Below, in pieces: positions 28,704 to 35,935 of a stretch of DNA of 64,000 nt (within the stretch, counting starts at the first letter, position 1; every line of letters begins with the position of its first letter). The position numbers and the translations under genes are program-made. The DNA comes from Chitinophagaceae bacterium BSSC1 (GTDB lineage: Bacteria; Bacteroidota; Bacteroidia; Chitinophagales; Chitinophagaceae): NCBI GenBank assembly GCA_002256435.1, contig NKJC01000002.1:227996-291995 (forward strand), in the 5' to 3' direction. Under the pieces are notes generated by a model, which made no database searches, had not been told where the DNA came from, and worked only from the letters and a program-made list of their open reading frames with translations.

Positions 28704-29283
28704 CTTGTTTTAACTGATCAGTTACAAAAATGCTAGATCCTTGCTTTTTCCTAGTAACTGCATCCTGATTAACACTAAAATCCACTTTGCTTTTATAAGT
28801 CTTTACAAAGAAAGTACTCAACCAAAACTGTTTGTTGAATAAGAATTTGGGATTGTTCACTAAAAAATCAGGCATTAAGTGGTGCCATTTGTACCCTTGT
28901 GATTTAAAATAGTTTTTACACTCTGTTTTAAATCCTAACTCTTCAGCAGCTGCAATAACAGCGTCTCTTTGACACCTAGAATGTGAAAAAGGTTTTATAA
29001 TTCGATTTTGATAACCATACAAAAAGAGATGATCCTTTACTTGTTTATAATTTTGATACCTAGAACGAGCATCGCATTGAGGAAAAATGGGTGGGAACAC
29101 CAAACAAAACAACACAAACCATCTTAAAATGGGGCTTCCAGATTGTGCCCAAGAAAGTAAATGAAATTGTTTAAAGCATGCAACTATTAATACTATCTCA
29201 GCAATAGTCATTAAGTGTAACAAATAGCCTAATCTATAATAAGTTACAATAAATGGTCTATGATTTATTCTCCCTGGTATCAT
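28696..29283 (-). CDS. Hypothetical membrane protein
   Basis: 195 aa with an ATG start and two or three N-terminal hydrophobic segments. I recognise no family. Its 3' end overlaps the convergent T9SS cargo gene by 8 nt. Confidence 0.5.
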   Translation of the reverse strand: MIPGRINHRPFIVTYYRLGYLLHLMTIAEIVLIVACFKQFHLLSWAQSGSPILRWFVLFCLVFPPIFPQCDARSRYQNYKQVKDHLFLYGYQNRIIKPFSHSRCQRDAVIAAAEELGFKTECKNYFKSQGYKWHHLMPDFLVNNPKFLFNKQFWLSTFFVKTYKSKVDFSVNQDAVTRKKQGSSIFVTDQLKQAI

Positions 29284-29333
29284 GGGAATAAATATATAAA
29301 AATCCTTTGAATATGAAACTCAGTAAGTTGCAA

Positions 29334-29831
29334 CTATTTTACACCAGCTAATAAATCGGCACTTGTAAACCCTAAGGGCAGTAAATCATGCGCTTTGGGT
29401 ACTTCATATACTGCACCTGTTTCACCTGCCAAAAGCAAACGAATTCCTTGATGTGTTTTCATTTCAAACTCCAACAAGCTTTGTCTACAAATGCCACAGG
29501 GACTAATTGGATTGTCACTTTTACCCAATTCATTTTTATAACTAATTGCCATTTCCAAAATGGGGGTATTGGGATAAAGTGAGGAAGCCACAGATAAAAG
29601 CACTCTCTCTGCACAAATCCCTACGGGAAAACTAGCATTCTCTTGGTTACTTCCTTTTAAAATAATGCCATTTTCTAGTCTTGCCGCTGCACCCACCCTA
29701 AATTTTGAATACGGTGCATAAGCTAATCCTGTAGCGGATTTGGCGGCATTCATCAATTCCTGATCAGCAGCATTCAATTCTTGGATGGATTCATATGCTG
29801 TGTAGGAAAATTGCTGTTCCATCTTTTTCAT
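29334..29831 (-). CDS. cdd: Cytidine deaminase
   Basis: It has the CAERV and PCGICRQ zinc motifs. The first ATG is at 29831 (MKKMEQQ). The track ORF starts at TTG 29849. Confidence 0.85.
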   Translation of the reverse strand: MKKMEQQFSYTAYESIQELNAADQELMNAAKSATGLAYAPYSKFRVGAAARLENGIILKGSNQENASFPVGICAERVLLSVASSLYPNTPILEMAISYKNELGKSDNPISPCGICRQSLLEFEMKTHQGIRLLLAGETGAVYEVPKAHDLLPLGFTSADLLAGVK

Positions 29832-29902
29832 AAACCTATATTTAGACAAAAAGTCCCCATAGCAATAACTATGAGGACCCCCTAACGGCTATTAAAGATA
29901 GT

Positions 29903-31411
29903 CTATTTGATACTATTGAACAAGCGTTTCCATCTGGGTCCATTTTCATAACTAAACCAGATTAAAGATGCTTTTCCAACTATATGTGTTTCAGGAACAA
30001 AGCCCCAATACCTACTATCCTGACTGCGATGTCTATTGTCACCCATCATCCAATAATAATTATAAATAGGTGTATACTGGTTAGTTTCCTTGCCATTAAT
30101 GACAAATTTTCCATTAGTCTCTTCTAATTTATTGTGTTCGTAATCAGCAATTAACCTACGATACAAGGCAATATTTTGTGTTGTCAGAGTAATGGCTTCT
30201 CCTTTCTTGGGTATCTTAATGGGGCCAAAATTATCCAAAGTATAAGGAAAGTTTACATCGTCATAAGGGAAATAGCCCCCAACATAACCGTTTGAATACA
30301 ATCCAATTGACTTGATATTAGGTTGTTGTTTCAGTTTGGCCATTTCTACAGGTGTCATATTAAAAACAAAGGTATTGGGCTTGTTTTCATAAGGGATAAT
30401 TTGTCCCTTGGTATCTTCCACATTTACCCCAAGTTCTTCTTTTAAAAATTCTTCTGAAAATGGCGTTCCGTTTGTCTCAACTACATATTCTGTTTGAGAT
30501 GCACCCGGCAAATAAGCGGGTTGACCATTGATGAATAATTGGGCATCTTTTAATTGTAAAACATCACCTGCTTCTGCAACACAACGTTTGATATAATTAT
30601 CTGTTTTATCCATTGGATGCACCAAAATGGGAAATTGTGCATTTAATGCTTCTCTGTCACCCTTAAACTGTGTACGAAGTACATCGTAATATGGTTGTTT
30701 ACTTCCATACTCTGGCAAGTTGATAATGGTGTCACCAGCAGGAAAATTAAACACCACCACATCATTCCTTTTTACAGGAGTAAATGCTGGCAAACGTTTA
30801 TAAGGTATCTGAATCCACTTTAAATAAGATGGCGTTGTAATAGAACCCGGCATGGTATTATGTACAAAAGGAAAAGACAAAGGAGTTTGAGGTATCCTTG
30901 GACCGTAACTCATTTTATTGACAAATAAAAAGTCATTGACAAGAAGGGTTTTCTCCATACTTTCTGAAGGAATCACATAGGCTTCAAAAACAAATGTTCT
31001 AATTAATGTGGCAGCAACTATGGCAAAAACACCTGCGTCAATCCATTCTCTTGATGCAGGTTTATGATAAAGCGCCATTACTGAAGGTCCATGAAATACG
31101 GTGTCTTTTGTAAAACCTAAATATGGAAAATAGATAAAGGGTACAAAAATGGTTGCCGCATGGTCCAATACTGTTACTTTTTTGAACTGCATCACAAATA
31201 TGATGGTAATCCAAATGGTAACAAACTGACCTGCAACAGGTATTAATTGAAACCAAAACCAATACTTTTTTATGGCCGTTTTTTCAACAATCAACCAAGT
31301 ATTGTAAAACGGCACCAATGCCTTCCAGGGTTCCATCCCTGCTTTTTTAAACATACCATACATTCCAGCATGCCAACCAATAACACCTATTACAAATAAA
31401 ATTAATCCCAT
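29903..31411 (-). CDS. lepB: Signal peptidase I with an N-terminal multi-TM extension
   Basis: 502 aa with S26 motifs (IPSESMEKTL, IKRCVAEAGD, GDNRHRSQDSRYWGFV). These are preceded by about 110 aa with several hydrophobic segments. Confidence 0.9.
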   Translation of the reverse strand: MGLILFVIGVIGWHAGMYGMFKKAGMEPWKALVPFYNTWLIVEKTAIKKYWFWFQLIPVAGQFVTIWITIIFVMQFKKVTVLDHAATIFVPFIYFPYLGFTKDTVFHGPSVMALYHKPASREWIDAGVFAIVAATLIRTFVFEAYVIPSESMEKTLLVNDFLFVNKMSYGPRIPQTPLSFPFVHNTMPGSITTPSYLKWIQIPYKRLPAFTPVKRNDVVVFNFPAGDTIINLPEYGSKQPYYDVLRTQFKGDREALNAQFPILVHPMDKTDNYIKRCVAEAGDVLQLKDAQLFINGQPAYLPGASQTEYVVETNGTPFSEEFLKEELGVNVEDTKGQIIPYENKPNTFVFNMTPVEMAKLKQQPNIKSIGLYSNGYVGGYFPYDDVNFPYTLDNFGPIKIPKKGEAITLTTQNIALYRRLIADYEHNKLEETNGKFVINGKETNQYTPIYNYYWMMGDNRHRSQDSRYWGFVPETHIVGKASLIWFSYENGPRWKRLFNSIK

Positions 31412-31492
31412 GTTTTATAATTATACTAACAAAAATATCCTTTTCAAACCGAGATTGGCTGTAATGAGGATAAAGTTTTCTTAAATAAGCCT

Positions 31493-32653
31493 CTATCCTG
31501 GCAATACATAATTTTTAACATCCTCTGTTTGAATGGTCTTACCAGATAGAATGATTAATCTTTCTACCACATTTCTTAGTTCCCTGATATTACCTGACCA
31601 ATGGTGAGCCTGTAAAGCTTCTATGGCTTTTTTATCAATGGCCTTTGGCGATTGTCCATAGTCAACAGCTATGTCTAATAGAAATTTTTCTACCAATTCT
31701 GGAATATCATCCAAGCGTTGATTCAAAGTAGGAACATGAATTAAAATAACTCCAAGACGGTGATACAAATCAAGTCTGAATTGTTTTTCCTCTACTTCCT
31801 TTAATAAGTCTTTATTGGTTGCTGCCACTACCCTTACGTCAACATTAATCTCCTTATCTCCTCCTACCCTAGTAATTTTACCTTCTTGTAAGGCTCGTAA
31901 AACTTTGGCTTGGGCAGATAGACTCATGTCTCCAATTTCATCTAAAAACAAAGTGCCCCCATTTGCTTGTTCAAACTTTCCTACCCGCTGTTTAATTGCA
32001 GAAGTAAAAGAACCTTTTTCATGTCCAAACAATTCGCTTTCTATTAATTCCGATGGAATGGCGGCACAATTCACCTCTACCATTGGACCTGCATTTCTAA
32101 GGCTTTTTTCATGCAACCATCTTGCTACCAATTCTTTTCCAGTTCCATTTTCACCAGTAATCAATACCCTTGCATCCGTTGGCGCTACTTTTTCAATGGT
32201 TTCCTTAATCTTTCTAATCGCTTCACTATTTCCTATAATTTCTTGTACTTTGGAAACCTTTCTTTTCAATACTTTGGTTTCCTTAACCAAATTAGTTTTA
32301 TCAAGTGCATTTCTAATAGTAATCAATAACCTATTTAGATCTGGAGGCTTGGAGATATAATCATAAGCCCCTTTTTTTACAGCGTCTACTGCAGTCTCTA
32401 TATTGCCATGCCCACTAATCATGATGACAGGTGTTTCTACGTTGGCAGCAACCACTGCATCTAGGAATTCTAACCCGTCTAATTTGGGCATTTTAATATC
32501 ACATAGAATCAGGTCATAAGCATTTTGTTTAAACTTTTGCAAACCTTCCTCACCATCTGCGGCTTCATCCACTTTAAAACCCTCATTACCCAAAATGTCT
32601 TTCAACACATTGCGGATTGATCTTTCATCGTCTATGATTAATATATGGGCCAT
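31493..32653 (-). CDS. Response-regulator receiver plus sigma-54-interaction AAA+ protein (NtrC-like), lacking a C-terminal HTH
   Basis: 386 aa from ATG 32653 (MAHILIIDDE). The REC domain has D8/D9/D52/K102. Walker A is GENGTGKE, Walker B is LFLDEI, and sensor II is GNIRELRN. The GAFTGA position reads GSFTSA (31997-32014). The protein ends 25 aa after sensor II. Confidence 0.85.
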   Translation of the reverse strand: MAHILIIDDERSIRNVLKDILGNEGFKVDEAADGEEGLQKFKQNAYDLILCDIKMPKLDGLEFLDAVVAANVETPVIMISGHGNIETAVDAVKKGAYDYISKPPDLNRLLITIRNALDKTNLVKETKVLKRKVSKVQEIIGNSEAIRKIKETIEKVAPTDARVLITGENGTGKELVARWLHEKSLRNAGPMVEVNCAAIPSELIESELFGHEKGSFTSAIKQRVGKFEQANGGTLFLDEIGDMSLSAQAKVLRALQEGKITRVGGDKEINVDVRVVAATNKDLLKEVEEKQFRLDLYHRLGVILIHVPTLNQRLDDIPELVEKFLLDIAVDYGQSPKAIDKKAIEALQAHHWSGNIRELRNVVERLIILSGKTIQTEDVKNYVLPG

Positions 32654-32687
32654 TAGGTTATTTTTTACTAAGATAAAGATTGATCCG

Positions 32688-34748
32688 TTAGCGGAATTGT
32701 AAATTGAAGCCAAGAAAATAGTTACGCTTAGCTGCAGGATTATAAAATCGCCTTCCTACGGCATTGATATCATTCCCCAAACTGTAAGTTTGATTGAGCA
32801 AATTATCTACTCCTCCAAATAAATGTAGCTGACAGTTACCTATTATTTTCTTGAAACCTGTTTTGATTTGAACCAATTGATAGGCTTCAGCAATGGCATC
32901 ATTGGCATCAGTTAAAGGAATGGGATCTACAGCATTGACACTTGCATTTATATAAAAACGATGTAACCATTCCCAATCAATCCCAGTTACCCAAGTATTT
33001 CTAGGAACCCCTGTTATTGGATTTCCATTATAGTTGTTGGCGCCTTGTTGATAATCATCAAAACGATAGGGTTGAAATGCAATGGAAGTATAAGCATGCA
33101 TGGTCCAATTTCTGGAATGAACTTGATCATTCACCGCATATTTGAATAAAGCTTCAATGCCCTGCTGTGTGGTAGATCCCGCATTTACAAAATATTCAGA
33201 ACCCGCTGCATTGTTTCTTCTTACAATGGCTTGATTTAATTGAAAATGATAATAAGCAAGATCAAATTGCAACCTGTTGTTCCAAAAAAAACCTTTGATC
33301 CCTATTTCTTTATTCCATCCATTTTCAGCTTGAAGATCACCATAAAATTTACCATCCGATGGTCTAACTTCTGCCAAAGAAGGAGGTGAAAAACCAAATG
33401 AAGCAATGGCATAAGCAGTAACATTATTTGAGAGTTGATAGGACAATGCCATCCTTGGTGCCAATATGGGATTGGTTGATTTGGCTGTTTTAACCAATGG
33501 ATTGTCTGTTAGCCTTATATAATCAACCGATTGCTGATTGAGACTTAGACCCATTTGTAGCAACCATTTTTTATGAATGCGCCAATGCAATTGTGAATAG
33601 ATGGTCCATTGTTTTGCATGAATATCATCTTTGTATTGCACCGTATCTGCTAAGCCCTTTCTATTGCCAAAATTGGCAATATTGGAATGATTGAATAACC
33701 ACTCTGCACCATTGGTCCATTCAAGGTTTCTATTTGGTGAATTCCATTGCCATTGAATTCCAGAAGCAGTATTGGTTTCATTTCTGAATTCGTAGTTGGT
33801 GATAAATGGATTCTCAAATTGGGTATTATTAATACTGGCAAAAGCCGTCAAGACGGATCTTTTGGTAAGCATCCATTTATCTGAAAGTCCTGCAAAAACC
33901 GTTTTGTTAGAAATACTGGCATGTTGGGTAATGGCTGATGGTAATGTAGCGGTTGCTTGTCTAGACAATCTAGGATTAGTTTGCATTTGCAATAAGGTAA
34001 TCCCACCTGGTGTTTGATAAAAAAGATCCGTATAAAAAGATAAAAATTCCAACTGATGTTTACCTAATTGCAAAGCAGCATTGTATTTAAGATGTTTTTT
34101 ATCCATAGCAGATTGCTCTCTATATCCATCATATTTTAAATAGGATTGTTGCAAATTGCTGGAAAAGTTTTTGTTTTGGTGTTGCCATCCTGCTATTTGA
34201 TGAAACATGGCATCCGCACCAAACGTTACTCCCATATTTACTTGATCCCGTTTAACGGTACTAAATTCATGTTTAGAAGACAATAAAACTACCCCACCCG
34301 TGCCTGCTCCATAGATACTAGCCGAAGGTCCTTTTAGAATAGTAACTGCATCAAGATCTGCTAATTCTACTAGGTTTAAATAGGCATTACCTGTTGCGTC
34401 GGACAGGGGAATTTGATTCCAATATAATTTTAGATTTCTAACACCAAAAGGTGACCTTAGTAAACTACCTCTTACTGAAAGTCGATAACTTCCAGGTGAA
34501 CGCTCTTCCATTCTGATTCCAGGAAGTTGGTTAATCACTGGCACTAATGAAATGGGGGAATAGCTTGTTAATTCTTTTTGTGATAAACTAGCAACGGCTA
34601 CCGGTGCAGCTTTCCACTGCACCTTGGACTTAAACGCCTCCACTTGCACCAATTGAAGGGTGTCTGAGCCAAAACTTGTTTCCTGTGCCAACAAGTTTGT
34701 TTGTTGCCAACCAATCAGTAAAAGGCAGATGCAAAAAAATCTAGTCAA
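32688..34748 (-). CDS. TonB-dependent receptor
   Basis: 686 aa with a signal peptide, plug domain (ILKGPSASIYGAGTGGVVLL), and C-terminal ...LGFNLQFR beta-barrel terminus. The TTG start is forced by an in-frame TAA at 34758-34760. Confidence 0.85.
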   Translation of the reverse strand: MTRFFCICLLLIGWQQTNLLAQETSFGSDTLQLVQVEAFKSKVQWKAAPVAVASLSQKELTSYSPISLVPVINQLPGIRMEERSPGSYRLSVRGSLLRSPFGVRNLKLYWNQIPLSDATGNAYLNLVELADLDAVTILKGPSASIYGAGTGGVVLLSSKHEFSTVKRDQVNMGVTFGADAMFHQIAGWQHQNKNFSSNLQQSYLKYDGYREQSAMDKKHLKYNAALQLGKHQLEFLSFYTDLFYQTPGGITLLQMQTNPRLSRQATATLPSAITQHASISNKTVFAGLSDKWMLTKRSVLTAFASINNTQFENPFITNYEFRNETNTASGIQWQWNSPNRNLEWTNGAEWLFNHSNIANFGNRKGLADTVQYKDDIHAKQWTIYSQLHWRIHKKWLLQMGLSLNQQSVDYIRLTDNPLVKTAKSTNPILAPRMALSYQLSNNVTAYAIASFGFSPPSLAEVRPSDGKFYGDLQAENGWNKEIGIKGFFWNNRLQFDLAYYHFQLNQAIVRRNNAAGSEYFVNAGSTTQQGIEALFKYAVNDQVHSRNWTMHAYTSIAFQPYRFDDYQQGANNYNGNPITGVPRNTWVTGIDWEWLHRFYINASVNAVDPIPLTDANDAIAEAYQLVQIKTGFKKIIGNCQLHLFGGVDNLLNQTYSLGNDINAVGRRFYNPAAKRNYFLGFNLQFR

Positions 34749-34758
34749 TGGATTAAAT

Positions 34759-34797
34759 TAAAATTCCCGGACTGTCAAAAGACGGGTCCGGGAATCA
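34759..34797 (-). terminator. Hairpin/terminator downstream of pdhB, 15 nt upstream of the receptor gene's start codon
   Basis: ATTCCCGGAC / GTCCGGGAAT forms a perfect 10-bp stem (34763-34772 and 34786-34795). On the minus strand it is followed by TTTTAATTT. Confidence 0.6.
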
Positions 34798-34815
34798 TTT
34801 ATATTATCAAGTAAA

Positions 34816-35802
34816 TTACTTTTTTGTTTGAACCAGCTCTTTCACCAATTTCACAGTTCTTGTGATATCTGGAATAGCTAATGCAGCCAAATTAGGTGCG
34901 TAGTGCATTGGCGCATCGGCACTGGTAATTCTTCTAATGGGCGCATCTAAGTAATCAAATGCTTCTTTTTGAATTCTGTAAGTGATTTCAGAAGAAACAG
35001 AAGCAAAAGGCCATTGTTCTTCAACAATTACCAAACGATTGGTTTTCTTAACGCTTTCTACAATAGTTTCCCAATCCAAAGGACGAATAGTTCTCAAGTC
35101 TATAACTTCAGCACTAATGCCTTCTTTTTCTAATTCTGCTGCAGCACCAAGTGCCACTTTCATCATTTTATTATAAGAAACAATGGTTATGTCCCTGCCT
35201 TGTTTTTTAACATCGGCCTTGCCTAAAGGAATATAATATTCTTCTTCTGGCACTTCACACTTGTCTCCATACATTACTTCACTTTCCATGAACATCACTG
35301 GATCTTCCTCATAACGAATGGCTTGTTTCATCAAACCTTTTGCATCATATCCATTAGAAGGAGACACTACTTTTAGACCAGGAATATTGGCATAATAACT
35401 TTCAAAAGCGGTACTGTGTTGGGCACCTAGCTGACCAGCAGAACCGTTTGGTCCTCTAAATACAATTGGGCAACCAATTTGTCCTCCGCTCATTGCCAAC
35501 ATCTTAGATGCCGTATTGAGAATCTGATCCATAGGCAATACCGCAAAGTTCCATGTCATAAATTCAACAATGGGACGTAAGCCATTTTGGGCCGCTCCTA
35601 CTGCAACTGCTGCAAAACCCAACTCAGCAATGGGGGTATCAATAATCCTTTTGGCACCAAATTCAGCCAACATACCTTGGCTTACTTTATAAGCTCCATT
35701 GTACTCGGCTACTTCTTCACCCAATAGGAAAACCCTTTCATCCCTTCTCATTTCCTCACTCATGGCTTCTCTTAAAGCCTCTCTGAAAGCAATTGAACGC
35801 AT
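34816..35802 (-). CDS. pdhB: Pyruvate/2-oxoacid dehydrogenase E1 component beta subunit
   Basis: 328 aa with a transketolase-like pyrimidine-binding domain and C-terminal domain (DTPIAELGFAAVAVGAA). Confidence 0.9.
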   Translation of the reverse strand: MRSIAFREALREAMSEEMRRDERVFLLGEEVAEYNGAYKVSQGMLAEFGAKRIIDTPIAELGFAAVAVGAAQNGLRPIVEFMTWNFAVLPMDQILNTASKMLAMSGGQIGCPIVFRGPNGSAGQLGAQHSTAFESYYANIPGLKVVSPSNGYDAKGLMKQAIRYEEDPVMFMESEVMYGDKCEVPEEEYYIPLGKADVKKQGRDITIVSYNKMMKVALGAAAELEKEGISAEVIDLRTIRPLDWETIVESVKKTNRLVIVEEQWPFASVSSEITYRIQKEAFDYLDAPIRRITSADAPMHYAPNLAALAIPDITRTVKLVKELVQTKK

Positions 35803-35880
35803 ATGCTATTTGAATTAAATGAGGTGCAAAAATATAAGATTATCGCCTATAAAACCAAAAGACTTAGGGCTTTTACCAAC

Positions 35881-35914
35881 AAAAAATCCTCCCCAATACC
35901 ATTGAGGAGGATTT
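35881..35914 (-). terminator. Rho-independent terminator after the 978-aa receptor gene
   Basis: The minus strand reads AATCCTCC-TCAATGGTATTGG-GGAGGATT followed by a T6 run. Confidence 0.6.
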
Positions 35915-35935
35915 TGAGCAATCAATTAAGATTGA

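Noticed and set aside
31815-32360. 181-aa plus-strand ORF, plus similar long antisense ORFs at 6521-6925, 16163-16564, 17981-18391, 36812-37147, and 55662-56669
   Set aside because: All sit opposite strongly recognisable genes (the sigma-54-type regulator, etfA, gltD, amt, a TonB-dependent receptor gene, metK). They have no recognisable motifs and show the skewed composition typical of antisense frames.
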